The notes below the pieces were generated by a model. That model was not told the origin of the DNA and made no database searches. It saw only the letters and a list, made by a program, of their open reading frames with translations. The position numbers and the translations under genes were made by a program. DNA of 64,000 nt from Octopus sinensis (lineage: Eukaryota): positions 35,526,001 to 35,590,000 of the forward strand of contig NC_042998.1 in NCBI RefSeq assembly GCF_006345805.1, in the 5' to 3' direction. This document shows, one piece after another, positions 26,222-38,929 of the stretch. How positions within the stretch are numbered: position 1 is the first letter of the stretch; each line of letters opens with the position of its first letter.

Positions 26222-29200
26222 CTGGTGGCGTGGGTATACTTATCGCTGAGAAATGGATAGATAGAGTAATTGAGGTAATCAGAGTAAGTGACAGAATACT
26301 TAAGATTAGAATAGTGCTTCATAATAGATTAGCAACCATTATATCGGCCTATGCCCCTCAGCCAGGGCTACCCGATGGACAGAAAGACAGTTTCTATGAC
26401 ACCCTACTGCAGACCACCTCATTGACGAACGACAGGGACCTTCTCTTTGTGGCTGGTGATTTCAATGGGCATGTTGGACGACATGCTGGGGGCTTCCATG
26501 GCGTGCATGGAGGCTACGGTTATGGTTCCCGCAACGAGGAGGGAACCAGGCTGCTGGAGTTCTGCGATGCGAATAGTCTTATGATCTGCAACACTAACTT
26601 CAGGAAACCAACAAGCCACCTGGTCACCTACCGATCGGGCCGGCATACTAGCCAAATCGACTACATCCTCGCCAGAAAAAGGGAAAGATGGCTGCTTATA
26701 AATGCCAAAACCTTCCCAGGCGAAGAATGCACCCCACAACATAGACTGGTAGTTAGTGACTTTAGGATCAGGACTAAGAGGGCGACTAGAAGACGACCAA
26801 CATGGAGAAGAAGGGTCTGGAAGCTTAAAGACCCTGCGAATGGACAGAGATTTAGAGATATGTTACTTGAAGCCTTTGACGAAGTGGAAGGGGGTATAGC
26901 TACACATGGGGTAGAAGACAACTGGACGTTTCTGAGGGACAACCTGCTGAAAGCCGCTGACCAGATCTGTGGCTGGTGCAAAGTCCCCTTAAGACCCAAA
27001 ATAACATGGTGGTGGAACAATATTGTTGATAGGGCTATTAGACAAAAGAAACAGGCTTGGAAGGCCTGGAAGAACGGTGGTAGCAGGGAAGTGTATCAGA
27101 CTGCCAGAAGGGAAGCTAGGAGACAGGTCTATCTAGCCAGAGGGGAAGCAGATAAAAGAAAATTGCCAATGTCCTGCGCCGTGAGGATGAAAGACTGAGG
27201 TATTTCGTGTTGCAAGACAGTGTGTGAGAGAGAATCGAGATGTGGTAGGAGAGAAATGTGTTCGCATGGAGGATGGTTCACTTGCGCTAAATGAGGATGC
27301 AAAGAGAGAAGCTTGGAGACGCCACTATGAAAGGTTGCTGAATGAGGAAAATGAATGGGATAAAGAGAGTCTGCCGAATGTTGACCCAACAGAGGGACCA
27401 GCTATCCGAGTTGATAGTTCCGTGGTAGCTAAGGCAATTAGAAGCATGAAGACAGGGAAAGCCCCAGGCCCATCAGGAATTACTGCAGAGATGCTCAAAA
27501 TATCTGGTAGTGTCGGCTATAGCATAGTCACCCGTATAGTTAACCAGGTGATACACGAAGGAGTCATACCCAATGACTGGTGTAGCAGCATAATAGTCAA
27601 CTGCTACAAAGGTAAAGGCGATGCCCTAGATACAAATAACTACAGGGGCATCAAGCTGTTGGATCAGGTAATGAAGGTTACGGAGAGGGTTATAGCCCAG
27701 TTAATTAGAGAGAGAGAGTTAGCTTAGATGATATGCAGTTTGGGTTCGTGCCAGGGAAAAGTACTACTGATGCTATATTCCTGGTAAGACAGCTGCAGGA
27801 GAAATACCTAGCCAAAGGTAAGCCCTTGTACCTGGCTTTTGTTGACTTAGAGAAAGCCTTTGACAGGGTCCCCCGATCCCTTATCTGGTGGTCAATGAGG
27901 AAACTAGGGATAGATGAATGGTTAGTGAGAGCTGTGCGAGCCATGTACAGAGACGCAGCTAGTAAGGTGAGGGTTGGCAACGAGTACAGTGAAGAATTCC
28001 GGGTAGAGGTTGGGGTCCACCAAGGTTCAGTCCTCAGCCCCCTCCTATTTATCATAGTCCTCCAGGCAATAACGGAAGAATTTAAGACAGGATGCCCCTG
28101 GGAGCTCCTATATGCTGATGACCTTGCTCTAATTGCTGAGTCACTATCAGAACTGGAGAAGTTTCAGGTGTGGAAACAAGGATTAGAATCGAAGGGCCTT
28201 AGAATCAACCTAGCCAAAACCAAAGTCCTAATAAGTAGGAAGGTGGACCAACCACAAACGACTTCAGGTAGATGGCCCTGCTCGATCTGTAAAAAAGGTG
28301 TAGGTAGAAACTCTATAAGGTGCACCAAGTGTAAGCTATGGACACATAAGAGGTGCAGCAATGTCAAAGGAAGGCTAACTAAGAAAATAGTTTTTGTCTG
28401 TGGCAGATGCTCAGGAGAAAAAACACTGGAAATGTGCAGAGACCAACTTCTACCACGTTCCAGGGAGACAAACTAGAAGTAGTTGATAGCTTCCGCTACC
28501 TAGGAGACCAAGTCAGTAGCGGGGGTGGGTGTGCTGAAAGTGTAACTGCTAGAGTAAGAATAGCCTGGGCAAAGTTTAGAGAGCTCTTACCCCTGCTGGT
28601 GACAAAAGAGTAAAAGGCAGACTATATGATGCGTGTGTACGTACAGCCATGCTACATGGTAGTGAAACATGGGCCGTGACAGCTGAGGATATGCGTAAGC
28701 TTGCAAGAAATGAAGCCAGTATGCTCCGATGGATGTGTAATGTCAGTGTTCATAATCGTCAGAGTGTAAGTACTTTGAGAGAAAAGTTGAACCTAAGAAG
28801 TGTCAGTTGTGGTGTGCAAGAGAGACGGCTGCGCTGGTATGGTCATGTGACGAGAATGGCTGAAGATAGTTGTGTGCAAAAGTGCTACACCCTAGCAGTT
28901 GAGGGAACCTGTGGAAGAGGTAGACCCAGGAAACCTGGGACGAGGTGGTGAAGCACGACCTTCGAACTTTAGGTCTCACCAAGGAAATGACTGAAGACCG
29001 AGTCCTATGGAAGTGTGCTGTGCATGAGAGGACCCGGCAGGACTAGTCAGGCCATATCCCGTGGCCCCTACCTGGGACGTAGTCGATCCACCTGTGCATA
29101 CCTTCCTTCTTGTGACACTTGTGAAGACCTGCTGAGGCAAGTGAAAATCAATCAAAAAGATGAACATCAATGGAATTTGTATCTTTGTGGTACCAGTGCC

Positions 29201-31452
29201 TGTGGCACACAAGAAAACCATCCGAACGTGGCCGTAGCCAGTACCGCATCGACTGGCCTCCGTGCTGTGGGAACATGGTGGCACATAAAAAACACCATCC
29301 GAAGACCCGGCAAGACTAGTCAGGTCATAACCCGTGGGCCCTACCTGGGACGTAGTCAGTCCACCTGTACATACCTTCCTTCTTGTGACACTTGTGAAGA
29401 CCTGCTGAGGCAAGTGAAAATCAAATCAAATCAAAACAAATCAAAATAGATGAACATCATGGAATTTGTATCCTTGTGGTACCAGTGCCGGTGGCACACA
29501 AGAATCCATCCGAACGTGGCCGTAGTCAGTACCGCTTGTGGTACCAGTGCCGGTGGCACCAAGAATCCATCCGAACGTGGCCGTAGTCAGTACCGCATCA
29601 CTCGCCATCGTGCTGTGGGCACATAACAAACACCATCCGGTCGTGGCCGTTCGCCAGCCTCATCTAGCACCTGTGTCGGTGGCACATAAAAAGTAGTCAG
29701 TACCGCTTGTTACCAGTGCCGGTGGCACACAAGAATCCATCCGAACATGGCCGTAGTCAGTACCGCATCACTGGCCATCGTGCTGTGGGCACATAACAAA
29801 CACCATCCGGTCGTGGCCGTTCGCCAGCCTCATCTAGCACCTGTGTCGGTGGCACATAAAAAGTAGTCAGTACCGCTTGTGGTACCAGTGCCGGTGGCAC
29901 ACAAGAATCCATCCGAACATGGCCGTAGTCAGTACCGCATCACTGGCCATCGTGCTGTGGGCACATAACAAACACCATCCGGTCGTGGCCGTTCGCCAAC
30001 CTCATCTAGCACCTGTGTCGGTGGCACATAAAAAACACCTTCCGAAGACCGGCAAGACTAGTCAGGCCATAAACCATGGCCCCTACCTGGGACGTAGTCA
30101 GTCCACCTGTGCATACCTTCCTCCTTGTGATACTTGTGAAGGCCTGTTGAGGCAAGTGAAAATCAAAATCAAAATCAAAATCAAAATCAAAACAAATCAA
30201 AATAGATGAACATCAATGGAATTTGTATCTTTGTGGTACCAGTGCCGGTGGCACACAAGAGAAAACCATCCGAAAGTGGCCGTAGCCAGTACTGCATCGA
30301 CTGGCCTCCGTGCTGTGGGCACATGACAAACACCATCCGATCGTGGCCGTTCGCCAGCCTCATCTAGCACCTGTGTCGGTGGCACATAAAAACACCATCC
30401 GAAGACCCGGCAAGACTAGTCAGGCCATAACCCATGCCCCCCCCCTACCTGGGACGTAGTCAGTCCACCTGTGCATACCTTCCTTCTTGTGACACTTGTG
30501 AAGACCGGTTGAGGCAAGTGAAAATCAAATCAAATCAAAATAGACAAAATAGATGAACATCAATGGAATTTGTATCCTGTGGTACCAGTGCCTGTGGCAC
30601 ACAAGAAATCCATCAGTGCCGTAGTCAGTGCGGTGGGCACATGACAGACACCATCCGATCGTGGCCGTTCGCCAGCCTCATCTAGCACCTGTGTCGGTGG
30701 CACATAAAAACACCATCCGAAGACCCGGCAAGACTAGTCAGGCCATAACCCATGGCCCCCCCTACCTGGGACGTAGTCAGTCCACCTGTGCATACCTTCC
30801 TTCTTGTGACACTTGTGAAGACCTGTTGAGCAAGTGAAAATCAAAACAAATCAAAATAGATGAACATCAATGGAATTTGTATCTTTGTGGTACCAGTGCC
30901 GGTGGCACGTGGCACATAAGAAAAACCATCCGAACGTGGCCGTAGCCAGTACCGCATCGACTGGCCTCCGTGCTGTGGGCACGTAACAAGCACCATCCGA
31001 TCGTGGCCGTTTGCCAGCTTCATCTGGCACCTGTGTCGGTGGCACATAAAAACACCATCCGAGCGTGGCCGTCTGCCAGCCTCGTCTGGCACCTGGTCGG
31101 TGGCACATAAAAACACCATCCGAGCGTGGCCGTCTGCCAGCCTCGTCTGGCACCGTGTGTCGGTGGCACATAAAAACACCATCCGAGCGTGGCCGTCTGC
31201 CAGCCTCGTCTGGCACCTGTGTCGGTGGCACATAAAAAACACCAGCCTCGTCTGGCACCTGTGTCGGTGGCACATAAAATCACCCACTACACTCTCGGAG
31301 TGGTTGGCGTTAGGAAGGGCATCCAGCTGTAGAAACACTGCCAGATCTGACTGGACTGGTGCAGCTTTCGGGCTCCCCAGACCCCAGTTGAACCGTCCAA
31401 CCCATGCTAGCATGGAAAGCGGACGTTAAATGATGATGATGATGATGATGAT
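26222..31452 (+). mobile_element. 5'-truncated RTE-clade LINE (APE endonuclease, RT, Cys/His-rich finger) with amplified 3' region and (GAT)n tail
   Basis: Motifs SAYAPQ, VAGDFNGHVG, SQIDYIL, KAPGPSG, YRGIKLL, FVDLEKAFDRVP, QGSVLSPLLF, LYADDL, FRYLG, MLHGSETW and RLRWYGHV are split over ORFs 26107-27198, 27224-27727, 27733-28476, 28407-28613 and 28649-28951. It ends ggacgttaaatgatgatgatg. Confidence 0.95.
29030..31290 (+). repeat. Modular tandem array built from the LINE 3' UTR (five large units plus ~170-bp and ~58-bp sub-arrays)
   Basis: gactagtcagg occurs at about 29041, 29314, 30056, 30414 and 30733; a 170-bp period at 29691/29861; ~58-bp units at 31033-31280. Confidence 0.9.
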
Positions 31453-32364
31453 GACATGTGTATATACATATGTGTATATATATACATACATATGAGTGTA
31501 TATATATGTGTATATATATACATATATATGTGCATATATATAGCCATATGTATATGTGTGTGTGTATATATATGTATATATATATCTGTGTATATATATA
31601 TATATATATATATACATATAGTATGTATATATAGCCAATAGTAATATCATATCTTCTCCAATATTTCAGTATTACGTGTTAAAAGTGAAACAAAAACATT
31701 TCTCTATTTTATCTCAGATGCTTTCACTTTAATAATAACAATTGAATTATATGTAGTAAGTAATAATTAAAATCAAACTAAAGTATAATATAATCGTAAC
31801 ATAACAAAAGTAAAAATAGCAATTGGTATAAAATTGCATCAGTGACTTGAACTTGAATAAGTAGTTTCACATGAATGGGAATAAATTAAAAATAAAATTA
31901 GCGTGCAGAAATGGAATAGTCCAGATGGAGGTGTGCAATACCCTTTACCACGACTTTTACATTAGATTATCTGCCAATTAGCTAGCATTAAGTATTTATA
32001 TGAAGTTTGGCTGTATGTAATATCTGTTTTCTCGAACAGCCGCTCCTGTTGGTTTATTTCTTATACATAAAGGACTAAAGCTTCAACTGCTTACTGCTTT
32101 CTGACTCATCGTAAGATTTGTCATAAGTAATTATTATTACTGTTTAACTATTGTTATCACGTTTGTTGGTTCCTCGTAAAGGAAACATTGTTGTGTTGCA
32201 TTTGTTAAATAATTGTAAACTGTAACCCTCCCCCTTTGGGAGAAGGAGCTTTGGTTATTGTTTAAAAATTGAATTGTGTCCCTGTTTGGGGAAATTGACA
32301 ATATTTTCACCGTTTACATGGAAGCATTTTTGTTAGAATGCCTTCGATAGAAGAAAGTCCAAAA

Positions 32365-32850
32365 ATGAATTTCGCTGCAGCCGTCGGTGGGCGCGAATTC
32401 ATTGAAATTAAAATGGAAGAAATACGGATTGATCACTGACAAAGACGGTGAATCTAGGATAACACCACCAAACGAAATAAAAAATTAAATTAAAAAAAAG
32501 GCTATTGTCTATAAAGTATACAATGTAGAGAAAAAAAAAAGATTTGCACACCTGGAGGAAAGCACCATCAAAAAGTGTCTTGCTGCGACTATGAAAGCTA
32601 TCTAACTAGAGGCGGTAAATTCGCCACAATAGAAGCAAGGTTCGAGTCAACGGAGCGTGCAAGGGAGTACTCGACTCGAACCTTGCAAAGTGGAAATATT
32701 TTATTTTTACCTTTATATCTGGGACGTAAGACGTCCCGGATAAAAATTAAAAATGTCCCCCAAGAAGTAGAGGTAGGCTGGATTGTAGCCACACTTCTAT
32801 ACAAGAGGGAGGACAGGATACAATTGATCGAAATTGCAAGAGACAGGCCT
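32365..32850 (+). pseudogene. Probable degraded ORF1 of an L1/Tx1-type LINE
   Basis: Frameshifted protein-like stretch with TSRIKIKNVPQEVEVGWIVATLL, resembling RRM-type LINE ORF1. No splice context and no ORF2 was seen. Confidence 0.4.
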
Positions 32851-33019
32851 ACAATTCCAGTCTGTTATATATTTTGAGTATTGTTATCACTAGCGATATC
32901 AAGATATAACTTTGTATTTTATGTGTATATATATAGATGTACATGTAATATGTGCACATATATATACACATATATACATGCACTAGCACTATGACCCGGC
33001 AATGACGGGTCATAATGCT

Positions 33020-33054
<35 letters not shown>

Positions 33055-35575
33055 TTTATATATCTTGTGTTCTTCCATTACTGAAACACATGTAGTTCCT
33101 TCATATTTAATAAATATAAGTATTAACTAAAGTAGAAGATAATTAATAAAGTATATTATATACCCTGCTGGTAATTTTGGTTAAATCCTTTAAGTTTTAT
33201 TTTGTGATGTGCAAAATGATACCATGAGTTTACTGTCAGATATACTGATTAGGTTATTTTTTGTATTATCTGAAATAGAGTACCTGCATATCGATTAATC
33301 CCCCAATATTGAATTAATATTGACTTTTATCGGATACTTTGTATATTTATAGATAAATGTATAAATATATGATAAACAAGATCCCAAAGTATGATGTGTA
33401 GATGCATATAATGCTGAAGGGTTGTACCTGATTGATTTGGAAATTGGTTTTCCCAAATTATTTATATACATATGTGTGTATATGTGTGTGTGTGTATGTA
33501 TACATATATGTGTGTATATATATATGTGTATACACGTTTGAGTATACATATATGTGTATAAGGTGTGTGTTTATATGTGTGTATACAAGTGTGTGTATAT
33601 ATATGTGTGTTTATGTATGTATATATATATAGGCAAATGCACCTAAATTTGAAAAACTCATAATTGTTTTTAAATAAATTTATATACATATACACCAAAC
33701 TAGTTTCAACAATATTTTTTGTTTATCAATGGTAAAAATTTAGAATTATAAATTAGAAAATCATGTGTAAAACTTTCAGTACACCAATTTGTTAGTGTTA
33801 GTAGTGATCGACAAGAAATAAATATCATCGAAGTTTCGGTAATACTGAGTTAAAATTGGGGAAAAAAAACAGGGAGAAAGAAGATAATAAAAAAAGTGGA
33901 GGTTGGTTTACAGTTTCTGTGATTCTCTGTCCGTTGTTACAAGCAAACATTCCTCCACTTGACGAAAAGAGAATCAGAGAAATTGTAAACCGAATCCCTT
34001 CTTTTACTATCTTCATTTCTCCCTTGTTTTTCTCCCTCTTAACTCAGCATGACCGAAACTTTGATGATATTTATTTCTTGTCAATCATTGCTAACACTAT
34101 TGAACTTTGTACATTTAAACAAGTTGATGCACAGTTTTATATTATTTACTGTTATGAACATTTAAACTTGTCAACATCAAAACAAGTTTTTCTAATTCAT
34201 AATTCTAACTTTTTACCTTTGATAAACAAATACCCACATATCGATTAATTATTGAAACTAGTTTAGTATATATACTCTTTACTCTTTTACTCTTACTTGT
34301 TTTAGTCATTTGACTGCGGCCATGCTGGAGCACTGCCTTTAATCGAACAACTCAACACCGGGACTTATTCTTTGTAAGCCCAGTACTTATTCTATCGGTC
34401 TCTTTTGCCGAACCGCTAAGTGACGGGGACATAAACACACCAGCATCGGTTGTCAAGCAATGCTAGGGGGACAAACACAAACATACACGCGCACACACAC
34501 ACACACACACATATATACATATATACGACAGGCTTCTATTAGTTTCCGTCTACCAAATCCACTCACAAGGATTTGGTCATCCCAAGGCTATAGCAGTGGG
34601 ACTGAACCCAGAACCATGTGGTTGGTAAGCAATCTACTTACCACACAGCCACTCCTGTGCCTATATACTCTTTTACTTGTTTCAGTCATTTGACTGTGGC
34701 CATGCTGGAGCACCACCTTTAATCGAGCAACTCGACCCCAGGACTTATTCTTTTGTAAGCCCAGTACTTATTCTATCGGTCTCTTCTGCCGAACCGCTAA
34801 GTTACGGGGACATAAACATACCAGCATCGGTTGTCAAGCAATGCTACGGGGACAAACACACACACACATACATATACATATATAAGACGGGCTTCTTTCA
34901 GTTTCCGTCTACCAAATCCACTCACAAGGCTTTGGTCGGCCCGAGGCTATAGTAGAAGACACTTGCCCATGGTGCCATGCAGTGGGACTGAACCCGGAAC
35001 CATGTGGTTGGTAAACAACTACTTACCACACAGCCACTCCTGTTCTTTAAAAACGTTTACAAGTTTTTCAAATTTAGGTAAATTTTAAATAAATTTGCCT
35101 ATATTTTTTTCCTGCATGGAAATACACACCCTCTTTTGTTTTATATATACATATATGCATACATATATATGCATAATTTCTGTATATGCATATTGTTGAA
35201 TGCTTACACATATATACACACACATGTGCATGCATATACATGCATGCACACACACACACACACAAGCAAGCATGTAAACAGAACACATTAACCTGCACCA
35301 AGAAATGTTTCTCATCAAGAATCAAAATTTAAAAAAAAGAAAAAAAACTAAAACTGTATTTTTTGTCTTTTTTATTATTCACTTCCAATGAGGGAAAAAA
35401 AAGAAAGGCAGATCTAACAAGGAGAAAATGAAGTTTTACTCTTTTCCTTCTTTTCTCACTCTTTTCTTTCCCTTTTTTTTTTAAATTCTTTATATTTTGG
35501 GGCCTAGACTCTATTGGCAGTGTTTCTTCAAATATTCCTCATTATCATTTCAAATGCTTCAAGAAGGGGGTAGGT

Positions 35576-35581
35576 TTTATT
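35576..35581 (-). promoter_or_regulatory. Candidate polyadenylation signal (AATAAA) of the gasdermin gene
   Basis: First AATAAA on the minus strand, about 60 nt downstream of the stop codon. The sequence is AT-rich, so a chance match is plausible. Confidence 0.3.
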
Positions 35582-35640
35582 GGTTGGCTTTTTTGTTAAT
35601 TGCAGTTAATTCCTTCCAACCCCCTGTATTAATCTTGGTT

Positions 35641-35862
35641 TTATTTATTTACCTCCAAGGGTAAGATAAAGAGACCATAAAGAATTTTACCAACAGCTTC
35701 AATAGCTTTGAAACTTTCTTTGGGTGATTTAATGGTAGAATCTTTCTTCACGTTCTTTAGATCGTAGCCAAGGCAGAAGAGAAGTTTCAAAGCCCAATCG
35801 TATTCCAACAGAGGCACCACAATATCTTTACCAATATCTTTCTTCATTAGACTGCAACTGAA
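35641..35862 (-). CDS. GSDME: Gasdermin terminal coding exon F: FSCSLMKKDIGKDIVVPLLEYDWALKLLFCLGYDLKNVKKDSTIKSPKESFKAIEAVGKILYGLFILPLEVNK*
   Basis: Acceptor ttttttttacag|TTC; 73 codons plus TAA at 35643-35641. Ends in ILYGLFIL, like the terminal helix of gasdermin C-domains (GSDME ITLNGLCAL). Confidence 0.85.
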   Translation of the reverse strand, partial: FSCSLMKKDIGKDIVVPLLEYDWALKLLFCLGYDLKNVKKDSTIKSPKESFKAIEAVGKILYGLFILPLEVNK

Positions 35863-36171
35863 CTGTAAAAAAAAAACAAAAACAGGCAACAATTAAATAT
35901 CATTTAATTACCCAAATGTATTAATGTCCACTCTCTAACACATACATCATCCACTCTTTTTCATTTAATTGCTCTGCTTTTTCATCTTCCAGACTCAATT
36001 TCTTCCACCAAAGCAAAGCAGCCTCTATGTGATTGTTTGAACTGCTAGAAATAACAGCTCATTCCAGCATTGATATCTATATGGCACCCAGTTATTCCCT
36101 GCTAAGCTAAGATATTCTCTCGGTTTTTTTTTTCAATCTTTTCACTCACTCACTCACTCATTCATTATTAA

Positions 36172-36479
36172 CTAGCAGTATCGCCCGGCGTTGCTTGGGT
36201 TTGTAAGGGAAATAACTATATAAGCATTTTTAGAGAGTTACTTCCCTTATATAAACCGAGCAAAAAATGCATTAACAATGCGAAAAAATGATGGTAAATT
36301 TTTTTATAATCGTAGACTCATCGTAGACGCGCGCTAATACCCAGAAGGGCTCGATATGAATCATGTCTATAAGATACCCGCTTTTGGTTAAACTGCACCG
36401 CAAAATGTGGGAGTAGTTAGGAATCTAAATCGGAGGAGACAGACTCTCACACACACAACTTCAGTTTTATATATAAAGA
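36172..36479 (-). mobile_element. Non-autonomous Helitron-like element (in the last gasdermin intron)
   Basis: 5' TC(TTTATATAT) and 3' hairpin plus CTAG, nearly identical to the end at 212. Confidence 0.65.
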
Positions 36480-36962
36480 TATGCATTATTTATTAATATC
36501 TACTTCTGTAAGCTAATTATTTAAATTGACTCTTCAATATATAACTTCCTAATCTCTCTCTCTCAGCCTTAGTTTTCTCCTTAATTCTTCATGCTTAGCT
36601 CTCCTTCCCTCCTCTGTTCCCAAGTTGGCTACATATTTTTTCATACTCTCTCTTAAATTAACCCTTGCTTATTTGCGGTGCACCTGCCCATTCCCACCCC
36701 ACCACCAATACTGGATATCTCTTTTCTCTCACCAGAAACCCCCTCCCTCACTTGTGGTGTCCTCTATCATACCTGCAATTTCACCTCCCTCCTCGCCTGG
36801 AACAAATGCAACTAGTTTAGCCACCCACCTACTTAATCTAACATTGGCATAATCATATTTACTTTTGTCTATTTATACTTATATCTGCAGCACCAGTAAT
36901 GCTTAAATCTATGATGTTCATAATGCTTATACTTACAACACCGCTAACACTCACTCCTACCC

Positions 36963-37497
36963 CCAGAATCGAAGGGCCTTAGGAGTCAATGTTGCAAAGA
37001 CCAATGTCCTAGTAAGTAGGAAGGTGAACAAATCACAAACCCCTTCAGGTAAGTGGCCCTGCTCGATCTGTAGAAAAGGTGTAGGTAGAAACGCCATAAG
37101 ATGTACCTAGTGTAAGCTATGGATGCATAAGAGGTGCAGCAACCTCAAAGGAAGGTTCACCAGGAAGATAGCTTTTGTGTGCAGCAGATGTACAGGGGTA
37201 ATAAACATCGAATATGCTCAGGAAACAGATTCTATCACATGCTAGGGGGAGAAACTAGAAGTAGTTGATAGCTTCCGCTACCTAGGTGACCAAGTCCGTA
37301 ATGGGGGAAGATGCTCGGAGATCATCAAGACTAGAATAAGAATAGCCTGAGCAAAGTTCTGAAAGCTCCTACCTCTACTGGTGACAAAGGGCCTCTCGCT
37401 CAGAGTGTGCATACTGCCATGCTTCACAGCAGTGAAACATGGGCCATGACTGTTGAGGACATACATAGGCTTGAAAGAAATGAAGCTAGTATGATCC
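36963..37497 (+). mobile_element. Degraded internal fragment of the RTE LINE family
   Basis: Colinear with 28185-28720 (gaatcgaagggcctta...gtagttgatagcttccgctaccta), with in-frame stops. Confidence 0.85.
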
Positions 37498-38710
37498 ACT
37501 AGCTCTGAGTACAAATGTCTTGTTTTCATAGCTTTTAAATTAAAATTTTCCACCAAACCGTTGTCACAATTTATGTTCGTAATACTAGCAGAATGATAAC
37601 TAAGTTATTTTACTAAATTCTGTTATATTTAAATAATTGAAAAACACTGAGCATCTCAACAGAAATACAGTAACAATAGGGTTAAGGAAAAAAATAATCA
37701 GCAGAAGCCATGAAAGAAGGAGACCTCAATGTGGTCACTTTATATGCTAGAAATAACAGCCTAAATTTCCTTCAATCCACATCCTTCCAACTGGTTCTAA
37801 TATACATCTACCCAAATGCAGAGGTGTGTATAATTCTTTTGATACCAACCCACCTGAAACTGGCTCTGAGTACAAATGTCTTGTTTCCATAAGTTTTGAA
37901 TTAAAATCTGCCACCAAACCTTAGTCACAATTTATGTTCCTAACACTAGCTGAATGATAACTAAGTTCTTTGTTATATTTAAAATTAATTGAAAGAAACA
38001 CAGAACATCTCAAAAGAAATATGGTAACTAAAGGATTAAAACAAAAAGCAATTCCTACACAGTTATTGTTTCCATTCTACTAATAAATGGCACGTTTCAA
38101 TAAAGAATTTTTTTCAAAAGGCAATTGGGTGCATCATTCTTTCACTTAGCTATTTCTCAAATCAAAGCCAAACATCTTGAGAGGATGTGGTGCTTCATGC
38201 ACAAAATCCATTGGAAACAAGAGATGACCATGGTTGAATGGCTTTCACTGTATGTCTGCCAAATCAGGCTTGAGCCAATGCTAAACAACTGTCTAAATAG
38301 GCTAATAGGGCAGCCTCTGTGTGGACACTCAGCATACTAGAAATAACAACCAAATCTCCCTCATATCACATATCCTACCATCTCAAAAAGGAAAAGATAA
38401 TACAGTTTCTAATAAATAAAGGCACAATGATCACAGACTGGTTTTCCAACTCAGTCAAGAATGACTTGGAGTTAAACAAAAATGGTTAAAAAAAAACCCA
38501 ATTTAGATGTCTCCATGTGGTCACACAACTTGCTAGAAATAACAGAGAGAGTGGGCAAACTTCTATCAAATCATTGATTAATATCTTAGAAAGTAAACAT
38601 GCTGACTAAACTATACCTAAAAAGACAAGATGGTCGTAGCTACATTGTCTTTGAACAAAAGACTACTTAATCAGAGCTAACCTATCCTAAACAATATATG
38701 ATCAACTTAA

Positions 38711-38929
38711 CCCTTTAGTATTTAAACCGGCCATATCCGGCCAAAATAGTTAATCTGTTTTATGTTCAAACTGACCAGATCCAGGCTCTCACACCTACCC
38801 TACAATGTTATTCTACATTAAGTAATTACACCATCAAGATCTTGAAGATATGAGATAATGCATGATTAATTCAAATCAATGGGAATCAATAAGCATTATG
38901 TTTGATAGAATAATCTGAACACTAGAGGG
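38711..38929. mobile_element. piggyBac-type MITE
   Basis: TTAA|CCCTTT...AGAGGG|TTAA. A related copy lies at 58048-58268 and a fragment near 25220. Confidence 0.75.

Noticed and set aside
25358-26222. Long Y/I/H/V/C-rich ORFs (200-280 aa) in several frames, also at 3349-4039 and 18162-18538
   Set aside because: These are translations of (TA)/(CA) microsatellites, which lack stop codons by composition.
29400-31290. CRISPR-like look: recurring gtggcacataaaaacaccatccga separated by ~35-nt segments (also at 41330-41470 and 58540-58740)
   Set aside because: The spacers are homologous to each other, the context is a eukaryotic LINE/SINE tail, and there are no cas genes.
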